Origin: Dipteris shenzhenensis
Taxonomy: Eukaryota
Strand: one strand, 5' to 3'
Length of the DNA: 64,000 bases
Assembly: GCA_047967505.1 (NCBI GenBank)
Contig: CM106538.1
This document shows, in pieces, positions 50,502-62,235 of the stretch. The number at the start of each line of letters is the position of its first letter. Position 1 is the stretch's first letter. A model generated the notes under the pieces. That model saw only the letters and a list, made by a program, of their open reading frames with translations. It was not told the origin of the DNA and did not search any database. The translations under genes were made by a program, and so were the position numbers.

Positions 50502-52475
50502 CTAGACAATCTTCAATATTGCAAGAGGGATAAAAGTGGCACTATGCACGAGCTTCTCTGCATGCTTTCCTACCTTTTCACCATTTAAGGTAAAGTGAAA
50601 GGACTCAAACATGCCATCCTGCATGACCAATAGGGGTTCCTGCACGTCCCTGAGAGTCCACTGTGATGTGACAATCACATTCTTAACATCTCCTAAATGA
50701 GAACCAATACATAAACTTACCCCTATATTATCATCATCGTTAGAGTCAAGGGGGAGCCAATTGTCACTTGTTTTCTTCCAGCACCTATATTCAAAAGCAA
50801 AATATAACATTTGGCGAGAGATGTGGTACTTGACAACCACATTGTCCTTACATACATGGCATTAAAACAGATCACCCTTTTGTTCACCTGACCTGCTTCC
50901 CCAATTCACCCCAAGCAATTCCTCAAGGGCATTCTCATGTAGGCACTTGCATGACCACATGGTTTTTGTTTTGTGCGTCTGGATATTATGAAAACAAGAA
51001 GCAAAAATGTGCACAGGCATAAACCAAGACAACCTTACCCATTTAGAGCCAAATGTAAACTTCATGGCCATGCCCACATCCTTTGCAATCTTTTCCTTGC
51101 ATGATCGCATTGTTCTTGTGTCCACCATGCTGCAATCCATGTCTTCAAGTTGTGGTGTTGCAATGCATTGAAGATGGCCATAGCCTGATGTCATCCTTGG
51201 AGTAATGTACTTGGCATTATACCAATAGATATTTCTCTGTTTCAAAGCAGAGGACCTCTCTCCAGCATGCATTTGCCTTCCTAAATCCTCATGAATGGCA
51301 ATAAACTTACCTAAGAAGCAGTCAACTGGTTCCCACTCCTCAAAGTATGAAGGAAATACATCTACTATGCACAAGTGCTATTTCAAAATACAATTTCAAA
51401 CTGACTCATTACACTGGTTCTATTTCAAAATACAATTTCAAGCTGACTCATTACACTTCAAAATCTTACACAAAATGCAGACTTACAATGCGATGGTATT
51501 GTCGATTGATTGCTTGATGGAGGAAGGCACATGTCCTTCCCCATGTAGATGTGTTGCACCTTTTGCAAGCAATCCTTTCTTCCCAAGCTTGAACTTCATG
51601 ATGCGGCCCTTCCATTCATGCAAAAAATCACCTCTTTTGCTTTTGGGAAGCTTATGTGGACCCTTGGTAGATCCTCTCATGACTATCCAATCATTCATGC
51701 TGTAGGTGGAAGGCACCCATTCACCCAGTGCATTTTTGCTCCTATGGGACACAAAGTACATGTATGGTCTCCTCACCATGCTTGTACAGAGGTCACAATA
51801 GCAATAGTGGACTAGAAAGTGCAGCTTGGAGGGAGAGAGTAGCTCCAATAGAGGGAGAGAGAGGGAGAAGGTATAGAGGGTGCAACTAAAGCTTGAGAGA
51901 ATCTCCAAGAGGTGTTGTAGCTAGGAATGGAGGGAGAAAGAGTAGAGGGGGATGAGCAGCTACTCCAAGAGGTGTTGTAGCTAGGAATGGAGGGAGAAAG
52001 AGCAGAGGGGGATGAGCAGCCACTACAAGAGGTACTATAGCTAGGAATGGAGGAAGAAAGAGTAGAGGGGGATGAGCAGCTGCCCCTGTAGGAGGTGCTG
52101 TAGCTAGGAGTGGAGACAGAATGAGTAGTTGCTACAGGAGGTGCTGGAGAGGGAGAAACACAGTGGACCAGAGTAGGAGGGGGTAGAGAAGATGCCAAAT
52201 GACATTTGAAAAATGGAGGGAGAATGGAGTTGGACCAGAGAAGAGGAGGGGGCAAGCCTATAACAAGCTGAGAGGGGGGAAAATTTTGCCCAGAAGGGCC
52301 TACTGCCTCTTGAATGACTTGTAGGTTTGTTTGGTGTGGGAGGTGCATATGGTAGAAGGGTCAAGCATGGGTTGAGGGGGGGGATGGTTTGAGTGGTCCC
52401 TGTGTAAGAGGAGTAGCCAATAGGGGCTGTTTGCAGGTCTGCCCACCCTCCACCTCAACATGGCATTGCCCCACA
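50502..52475 (-). pseudogene. Multi-exon gene: Ser/Pro repeats, BAH-like domain and possible ubiquitin-like C-terminus
   Basis: 69-bp coding repeats at ~51840-52110. STYSMNDWIVMR..EWKGRIMKF..FEEWEPVDCFLGKFIAIH resembles a BAH fold. The C-terminus reads WTLRDVQ..FHFTLNGEKV. The frames are broken. Confidence 0.4.
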
Positions 52476-52575
52476 AAAAGGAGCACTCCCATTAGTACAC
52501 CTCAAATACCTCACTAATCCCTTGAAATTAGGAAACATTAATTGGGGGCCCTTTGGAGACCCCAATTCTCCCCTA

Positions 52576-55500
52576 ATGGCATTCCTCCCATCGATCAACC
52601 GATGGTAATTGGAGAACTCCCATTGACACTCCTGCGTGGAAGAATATTGAAGACACATGGCCAAGCTTCAAGGAAGAACCCAGGAACTTGAGACTTGGAT
52701 TGGGTATGGACAGTGTGAACCCATTTGGTCTCAAAAGCACCTCTTACAGTGTATGGCTAGTGATATTGGTGAATTATAATCTTCCACCCTCTATGGTGAT
52801 TAAGAAAGGACATGTTATGTTATCCCTTCTAATTCCAGGGAAACATAAAGTCAAAAATCTTGATGTTTATCTAGAGCCTTTGATTGATGAGCTGGAGGTA
52901 CTTTGGAGAGGTATCGAGGTGCATGATGTGAGCAGGCCTCCCTCGTCACGAGACTTCAACTACAAAGCAATCTTGATGTGGATGATGCATGACTTCCTAG
53001 GCTATGGCGAGTGTTCAGGTAAGCATTGAACTTTTAATTATGAGTAGGTAGGCACCCTAAACCCACCTTACTTACACAATTGCATCTATTGTTTAGGTCT
53101 CACTACATTGGGTTACCATGCAAGTCCTATTTGTGGTCCTTTGTAAGTTGCTTCACAGGCAGACGCATTGAATAAGGTCATCTATGAGAATCACCATTGA
53201 TTTCTCCCACCTGATCATCTTGGATATGTCACCCCTTGGAATGAAGTCCCCCCATAGTCACTCATTTCAGGAGATTGGATGAGAATTTGGGATGGTTCCA
53301 CGACTCCACCACTTGGCATTGAATGGGACACGAGATTCCATAGGTATAAGGGAGGATCTACGTACCACAAGCTAGAGGATGCATGAAGCTTGGCCACAAG
53401 AGAGGCCAAATGGGCGTGTCTTTTTACCCCATGCACCATGGAAGTTATCAAAGCTAGAGATGGTGGTGGTGAAGTGAGCTATCACTACAATTCCTACTCC
53501 CACTAGATGCATGAGGTGTCTGAAGGGGGCCTTCACAAAGAGCAAGAAAAGAGGTGTAGAGCAATTATATGGCTTGAAATCTCATGATTGGCACAAGATG
53601 CTCCAAGTAAGTATGACTTAGCATAATCTCTTTTTTCTTCCAAATTTGTGAGTGTAGAAGTAAGTAATCAACGATCGCTCTTATGTTCAGTTCATACTAC
53701 CTACTAGCGTTTCTTGTAGTGCATCGAAGGATGAGAAGTATTGTATTTACAAGATGGGCAAGCTTGTGAGGTACTTTACAGTATACAAAATGTGAAGCAT
53801 ATCAATGCTCCATGCAAGGTTTTCATATTGCTAATCTGGTGCACTTTTTTCTTTCTAGGTCTATGAGCTCAAAGGAAATAGATCCCACCACGCTTGAGGA
53901 TGCTCAAGTTATGTCAGTGGATGTGGTTTGTTTAGTGGAGGAGACCTTTCCACATTTTATTCTCACAAGCCAACTACATCTCATAGTGCATTTGGTGGAT
54001 GAGATTGCTATATGCGGCGCTGTACATGCACGATGATTGTTCTTCCTCGAGCGCTTCATGAAGACCTTGAAGGGTTTTGTGAGGAAAAATGCAAGGCCTG
54101 AAAGTAGCATGGCCAAGGGTTGGTTGGTACAAGAGTCACTTGTACATATTTCTGAGTTTCTTGTTGATGTGGATAGCTCTCTCCCATGACTACAGAGAGA
54201 TGATAAAGACCTAAGGATGACCTCTATTGTGCCTCAAGGGAAAGGACGGAGAAAAGTAATTGGCACAAAGTTGCTTAATAATATCAACCTCTATTGCATG
54301 CTTAATAGTGATGTGATGAAAAGATGGGTGACCAGATACAAGGATGCAAAAGCAACAAGACAAGGAGCCCTCTTTCGTACACACCATGAATCTTGTGTGT
54401 CATACCCTTAGCATCTAAGAGCACTCCCAAAGAACATTCATGTGGATTGGCTACTTGATGAAATGGAGAGAGCAGAGAGAGACAAGGGGATGCATATCAC
54501 AATGAAAGAATGAGAGTATGCTAGAGGATGCATGCAAGAGGTCGGTATATAGAATGCTATGCATAAGTTAGGAGCTTTCAACAATTTAGATTGATTATTC
54601 AATTGATTTTATCTTAGTGTATTGTACTATGTTCAATGCTATATGGTGTGAGGGCAAGCATTTTTGGACACAACAGATTGATGATAAGAGAAACACACAA
54701 GATTGCAGCGTCATTGCTAGCTTTGAGGGAGCCAATGGAGACATGGATGATTATTGTGGCATAATCCAAGATATTATTAAGCTTGACTTTTGATGCTTCT
54801 TTGTGTATGTTTTGGATGTCAAGTGGTTTAAGTACATGGTGGAAAGAGGCCCTAAATTCTAATGCAGCAATCAAAAGCCATGCAAGTGGATTTGTAACTA
54901 TTCACTCCACAAAGTTTTGGCAAAGCAAGAACACACTAGTACTACCACAACAATGTGAACAGGTACTCTACACATATATAAAAATACTCACTTTTTAATA
55001 TTTGATTCCTTCGATGCAAGGAAAATAACATGATTGTATTTGTGTTTGAATTAGGTTCTCTATCAACCGATGGTTGATAATAATAGGTGGTGGCATGTCA
55101 TACCTATTACACCACGTTCCAAAGTGATGTATAGTACATTTACTAATATGGAGCATATGGAGGATGATCATGGCCATGGAGGTGTGATCGTGATACGAGA
55201 GAGGAGGGGGATCATGAGATAGGAGATACAAATATTCAGGCCATTACCCATGAGGACGAGCCTGCCATTGGTGATGCTGATTTCAATGAGCAAATGAGTA
55301 GCACAAGTAGTAGTGGGCTGAATGTATTTGTAGATCTTAACATTAGTTTGGATTTTGAAGTAGATAGCTTGGCAAGGGTTGATCTCAGTGAGAATGAGAT
55401 CGAATCATATCCCACCATTGATATTGGCAAAACCATTTTATATATTGTCTCATTCTCCTCACCTCACTTAACTTTTGTATATGTGTGTTTGCCAAAAAGC

Positions 55501-55580
55501 ATTGATATTTTTATTAAAATTATGTGCCCGCTATTTTGTGCATCTATCAGACGTGTCTATAGTTGCTTTGTCTTGTTGTG
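52576..55580 (+). mobile_element. CACTA element, copy 3 (5'-truncated; 3' half of the tnp2 gene plus right TIR)
   Basis: Homologous to copy-1 ~6531-9947 (LGLGMDSVNPF, HLIVHLVDEI). It ends TGCTTTGTCTTGTTGTG at 55580. Confidence 0.92.
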
Positions 55581-56219
55581 AAGTAGTCCTTGAATAGATG
55601 TTATATATAGAGTTTATATATAGTGATCCCCTCAAGTACTATATGGAGTATCGTAATTGAGTATATTTTTGCATTGCCTAGGTTGTAAGAATTAGTAGGT
55701 TATGAAATATGTGTTCCTCTATTGGCAAAGTACTGAATGACTTGATATGCTTTATTTAGGGGGGTAATCCATAGCTACATGCTTTCTTTAACTCAAATTG
55801 GCCTAGCTATTTTGACACATGAGTGGAGACTTTTGGTTTTTTCTTGTTCATGGGTAGCTCATGCATTTCTTGATTGAGCAAGACGTGACTTTTAGTGGCC
55901 ACTTCTAGTTGTCAGGTTGATTACTACAAAGCATTCATAACTACCATCGAGTGTGTATGGTCCAAACAACCATATGTGAATTTGGGTATGGGATAGATAT
56001 AGTAGGAAAATCTCTATCCTATTAGTTGGTTTGCATCCCTTCCTTGCACCATGCATTAAGCTTTGATGATTCATGAGTGGTTGAGCTAAAATAAGCACAT
56101 GGGTCAAAAGTTATTTATAGGTATTGAATGAGGTTCTTATTGGTTTGTGTGTCCTGCATTGAGCTCTTGTAAGCAATGAAGGTCAAAAGATTAGGTTGTT
56201 TCTTTTTGTGTCAATATAG

Positions 56220-56430
56220 TCCCAAATCTTGTGGCCTTCTTTCAAAGCACCAAGTTCTGGCAAGATTTGGCCAAATCTTGCTAGCTCCTTTCAAAGCATG
56301 AGAGTCTAGGGAGATTTGGCCACTTGTGGGCTTCTTTCAAAGCACTAGGTTATGGGGAGATTTGGCTGTGCAACCAAATCTTATTATATTCTTTCAAAGC
56401 ACCATGGTCTTGGGAGATTTAGCCATTCAA
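56220..56430. repeat. Short second cluster of the AGATTTGGCC/GGCCAAATCT hairpin repeat
   Basis: Same units and orientation as 45190-46470. Confidence 0.8.
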
Positions 56431-58097
56431 AGCACTTATTCTTCCTGAATTCTTCCGAAACTCCTCCATCCTATAGGATGTATTCTATTCTTTTATTTGC
56501 ATCGTCTATCCTTCTTTTGGTTTGTCTTCGTCTAAGTATTTTGGCAAGTGTGTACGCTCTATGATAGCATTGCTTGTATAACTTGCATGAAGGATACATG
56601 TAGCCTTTTAGGGCTCATTCGGGGTTTTGAATTGCTTTTCATTTTGAATTTCCTTTTCTCTTATTTTTGAATTACTTTTTCTCTTGGTTTTATATTTCTA
56701 GGATTTTTGCTTTTACAAAGCAAAATTTTATGAAGTTGCCTTGATGCCATTGAGTATTCCCACAAAGGGGGGGTCATCCAAAATATATCATGTGGGTTCA
56801 AATGTAGTGAGGTTTTAATTCAACGTTTTAAGGTTGACTTATAGGAATGTATTTACATGTAGTGTTTTCTTTATTGAATTTTGAAAAAAAAACCTAGACT
56901 AAGTTTGTATAGAAAAAGGGGTCATTTTATCCCATGCACAATTTACAAATAAGGTGTTTTTAATATCACCTAAATGCACATCGTATCTAGGGTTTCTTGT
57001 TAGTGCACCACCTTGAATATTCAGATTTCCAAGCAGTAGTTAAATTAGAATAATCAAAATATATTGATGTAATGAGTTATGATACTTTGTTCTACATTAT
57101 CCACATCTCCTTCAACTAGCCATGTATGCTTCAATTCTTGTTTTTTAGGCAGGTAGCATTGTGGAATGAAAAAAAATCCTAGCTTCTTGTTGAGCCACGT
57201 GCGATAGATTTTATATCCAATACTTTTATTTCTTAAATGAAATGAAGGGGTAGCCCTGTAATGATTGCTCCACGGTCATCTCCCTCACCTCGCCTTTTGG
57301 CACTTTGGACATGCAGAGTCGCAATAGCCAACACCTCCCAAAAGTTTCATATTACATAAGCCCCTAGTCTTGTTGTCTTTTCCCCATCAGATCACAGATT
57401 CTGCTACCCAATTTGCTTCTCACATTGCGCACTCGTCTGCCTTCTCCCCAATTGTTCCTATCCCCTCCCCAATCCTCCCCTACCTCCCATCGAATGACCC
57501 CTTGCATGCGTCGATTGCCATGCCTTTGGTGTGCTTGCCTCATTCATCTTTAATAATCCCCCAATGTGCTCATCTTTCATAGCCCACATTAGCTTTGCAC
57601 TGGAGCCAAGATTCTGTGAGAGCAGCTTCGGTTCTACAGATCCCACTAGTCTCTTTTCCTTCTTCATAATTCATGCTTTCAGCGTGAGCTTAAGAACCCA
57701 TTTCCATAGCTTAGCTGGAAAATTACACAATTGAGAAGGCTTATACTCTAGGAAAGTTTTTTGCGAGTTTGGGTCATTTTTGTATCGTGGTTTCTTGGAG
57801 GTAGTCCTCACCCAAATTGCGTGCAACGCTCTCTGACATGTAGTGGATGAAGCCACTGCATTTTGTGAAAGGATAAGCGACATCTTCGATGTCACGAAGC
57901 TAGAGCTCAACACTGGGTTGGCTCTCTGAAGCATTGAATTGGGTGACAGTGTTATTAATAGGAAAGTGAATGAAAAACTATTGAAGACATCGGCTTACAA
58001 AGGTATGTTTTCTTTTCCCCTTATTCATCCCTGCAAGTTTCTTTGGATATCTGCTTCTTGCATCGCAATGCAAAGTTCAAGTGCAATTTCCTACCTT

Positions 58098-58374
58098 TTA
58101 GGATCTAGGCATGCTCGAAATCGCCTGCAAAATTCCAAAGCTGAGATTGCACAATTGCATCAACAGACGAAAAGATGATCTTTCGAAGTCAAGAAGAGCA
58201 AAAGATCTCATGAACACATAGCACATAGCACCTTTCATTCTTTTAGAGCATGAAATCTCAGGCTGATTTGTTTGCACAATTACTTTAAGATCGCGCACAT
58301 GCCGTCTTAGTCTTTTCACATCCGCAAGCTAGACAGGCTTCATGAGAAACTCTTTTGCTCCCTCTACCAGACAC
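58098..58374 (-). pseudogene. ARR: Last exon of a type-A cytokinin response regulator, disrupted
   Basis: After tttcAG it reads CLVEG/AKEFLMKPV*LADVKRLRRHV, matching the type-A RR motif [23 protein letters not shown]. It carries a 1-nt frameshift and a TAG. No upstream exons were found. Confidence 0.7.
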
Positions 58375-59667
58375 CTGAAAACATACAAAGGGAAATCTAT
58401 CAACGAAGCATAATCAATAGTAGCCACCTCAAGATAGAAAAACAATTACTTTAAAGATCTAAGCGAGTAGTTTTAATTGAATGGGCTAGAGCTCGGCAAA
58501 CAAGGACTGCTTTACAAAACTGACATGTCCGTTGCCATGAACCTTATGGATGCAGGTAAAGATAGACAATTACACAATCCATGCCGATTTGCAAGGGAAC
58601 GTGATCTAAGTAGCAAGAATTGGGGGATATAGATCTAGTTGCAGTACAAAATCTGAGCATCTTGATGCAAATTCAGAATTTTTTTGCTATGGTTCAGTCT
58701 CCTCATGCATACAAACAATTAAATTTAAATCTAAGAATCTTGATGAAAGTGCAAACGATGGAAAAAAAGATGAATCATAATTCACATACATAATTCCAAC
58801 ACATTCTCACAAATGCAATAATTCAATGTGACTTCAATCGATAAATATATTAGCAGCTTACATACAATACACAGAGGGAAAACTAGTTCCGACTAATTTT
58901 TGCCTATTTTTATAAGTCCAAGGATAAAAATTAGGAGTCATTGGTCTGTCAATATCGTTTGCTGACATTGTTGAAAATGATAATTAGTTCTTACGGAGCG
59001 TAACTACGTGCCTTGATAGGTAGAAAACCAGATTGGGTGCCAAACATGAACCTCCATCAATCAAATTGCAAGCCCTCGTACATAGAAAACCACATTACAC
59101 ATCATCGTCACCCATATTGCTAACATAGAATCGAATGAGTTTCGACATCATGTTTTAGGACGTGAAGGCTCAAGGTCACCTCTCCATTAGCAGAGATCCA
59201 CATCGGATTTGACTTTGCACACCTCTACAATGATTACTCTCTCTATCAATAAGGACCAAAGAATTTCTTCGCACTTCCAATTGCCACCTTAGAGCTTCAA
59301 AATTCCACTTACATTCCCACAATTCAAGCTCAAGAGTTTCTTGCTTCCGAAAAATGTTGGTTGCCTATAGATGCAATCAAGCATTGATCAACGAGTTGAG
59401 CATGCCTATACCACTACTTGCCAAAATTTGATTTTGTATCCCTCACCCAATGAATCTCATCATACAGGCTTTCAAGAGGACAGAAGCCTTCATTCCTCAC
59501 AAGCCCACTCTTATGGTGCCCATCTGACCTAGGTGTGGGAAAGCTCCTCCTCATTCGTAGCTCCTCTTCTACAAGCTTGAAACCATACAAAGTCAATGCA
59601 TCATATAGCTCAGTGCACATATACCTAGAACAAGGACCACCCAAGATGTTGATATGGCATGTTAGCC

Positions 59668-61005
59668 ATTTTAACACTAATACCTAAATAAAAATTTCTA
59701 TATACTAAATGCAAAGTTCTATATCCCAAACTCAAATTGCTACATGCTATATGCAAAATCCTATGTGCAAAATACAAAATCATACATTCCTAAATGCAAA
59801 GTACCATGTGCAAAATGCAAAGTGCTATGTTCTATATCCCAAACTCAAATTGTTTATGCTATATGCAAAATACTAAGTGCAAAATGCAAAATGATATGAA
59901 CCCAAGGAAGGGCACATTCCTTGGTATTATAATTTTTGGAGAGGAAATGTGCCGACTCTCCCCCCACACGAATGTGTAGTTAAGTTTATTTGTTTATGTG
60001 TTGGATACAAAGTGCTAAATGCAAAAATGCTAGTTGCTCAATGCTATGTGCTATATGCAAAATACTATGTACAAAATACAAAATCATACATTTCTAAAAA
60101 CAAAGTACCATGTGCAAAATGCAAAGTGCTATGTTCTATATCCCAAACTCAAATTGCTACATACTATATGCAAAATACTATGTGCAAAATGTAAAATGAT
60201 ATGAACCCAAGGAAGGGCACGTTCCTTGGTCTTATAATTTTTAGAGAGGAAATGTGCTGACTCTCCGAAGCCCCACATGAATATGTGGTTAAGTTTATTT
60301 GTTTATGTGTTGGATACAAAGTGCTATATGCTAAATGCAAAAATGCTAGTTGCTCAATGGTAAGTGCTAATTTTAAATGCAAAATGCTATGTATAAAATT
60401 TATAGTGCTATATCTCAAATTCAAATTCCTACCAAATATATACAAAGTGATAAATGAAAAGTGCTATATCCCAAATTCAAATAGTTGCAAAATATATGCA
60501 AAATAATATATGCTAAACACAAACTCCTATGTGCAAAAAGAAAGAGCTATTTACAATGTTCTATATTCGAAATGCTATATGCTACATTCAAATTGCTATA
60601 TGCTATATTCAAATTGGTATCAACATAAACTAAAGATGTTATAAATTTTGTGTGAAAAATATAAAGTGTTAACAACCTTGATATTTTGTTTGTAGATTAT
60701 TCGAATTGGTGAATTTCAAGTCATTTTTAACACTCAAATCTACAACAGGAAAATAAAGTAGGTGCTTCTACTTTAACATATAATTTACTTTACAAATATG
60801 AAAATGTCACTTATTGAAAGGAGAGAACGTGCTTCCTACATTAGCATAGAGAACAAGAAAAGATGATTACAGTCGAGTTTCTTTTCATGGCTATTCATCA
60901 ATAAATCTCTAAAAGAATGGAACCAAATTGCTTCTCAATATATTTCGAAGATGCAATATTGTGTGTTTTGTGGTAGAATAGGATTTAACACAGGTTCTTT
61001 TACAA
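59668..61005 (-). repeat. Inverted copy of the 17780-19547 repeat block
   Basis: tgaacccaaggaagggcacattccttgg..ttataattttt.gagaggaaatgtgc units, plus a reverse-complement match to 17780-18080. Confidence 0.85.
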
Positions 61006-61065
61006 AGTTAAAATCAGTAATATCACTACTAGAATCAAGTTTAACACCATATGACTTATCCAATA

Positions 61066-62031
61066 GGGTGTGATTTTTTGGTGAGCTTTTTGTCATGAGC
61101 TTTTTTTCAATTTTCATGAATATTGCGAGCTTTTCATTCACCTAAGAGAGAGAGAGGGGGGGGGTCATGGAGTGGGGTGGGTTGAAAGTTTGGGTTGTGG
61201 TTGCAGTTAAGAGGAGAGAGGGGGGGGAGGGGAGATAAAGGAAAGGGGGAGGGACGGGCGCATGGGTAAGGTGGCATGGAGAAGGGAGGGGAGGGGAGTT
61301 GGAACATATATTCATTATCATAGTGGAGAACGTAGAGGGGGAACTTATAAGGTATGCAAAGAGGAGTGCAAGGAGGAGAGAGAGGATGAGGAATGTGAAA
61401 GTTATGTTCATCTACTAAATGTAAAGGGGAAGGGAGAGCATGTAGGAAATTTGTTTATTTTCAAAGTGTATAATTTGACAGATTTGACCTCATATTTGGA
61501 TTCCTCGATGAATTCCGGTCATTTTGAGTACCAACATGACCATATTCTGATAAAAATTGAAAAAATGGTGTTTTTGTCATTTTGGCCTAGACTCAAAACA
61601 GGCCCCAAACAGGCCAAAATGACAAAAACACCATTTTTTCAATTTTTATCAGAATATGGTCATGTTGGTACTCAAAATGACCGGAATTCGTCGAGGAATC
61701 CAAATATGAGGTCAAATCTGTCAAATTATACACTTTTAAAATGTACATATCTCCCATAGTTCCTCCCTTCTACTTTGAATATGGACATATCTTCCATAAT
61801 TTTTTGCCTCCTACTGCCACTCATATCCTCCCCCCCCTTGTGCATAGTATACACTCTTCCACCCCTCCCACATGCTATGAAAATGAACATATCCTATATT
61901 CTCTCCCCCTCTTTCTAACCTCCCCATCTTTCTTATAACAAAAACATGTATGGATTTCTAAAAAAAGCTCGCAAAAACAAAGGAAATGGTAAAAAAGCTC
62001 ACATTAAAAAGCTCGCCAAAAGATTTCCCCC
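61066..62031. mobile_element. Mutator-like foldback MITE, 966 bp
   Basis: A 9-bp TSD TATCCAATA at 61057-61065 and 62032-62040. The imperfect TIRs start GGG and contain GAGCTTTT repeats. The purine-rich and pyrimidine-rich arms mirror each other. Confidence 0.88.
61463..61736. repeat. Near-perfect palindrome: 126-bp arms, 22-nt loop
   Basis: 61463-61588 is the reverse complement of 61611-61736 with one mismatch. Confidence 0.95.
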
Positions 62032-62084
62032 TATCCAATACGTTCATAAGTTTGCATGTAGAAAATGGCCTAGAACATAGATAA

Positions 62085-62235
62085 AAAATGCAAGTTTAAA
62101 TAAATCTATGTTCTAAATTCACTTTAAAAATTAAGTCAAAATGGAAAATATTATTTAACAATTTTTAGGAAATAGCACTAAATTTATTTATATATATTCT
62201 AGCTCGATATAGCTACCTCTCCAGATCTGTTTTGA
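62085..62235 (-). repeat. Diverged inverted copy of the 1385-1690 region
   Basis: The reverse complement reads aggtagctatatcgagctagaatata..cctaaaaat..gacttaatttttaaagtgaa, matching 1397-1470 and 1641-1690. Confidence 0.8.
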
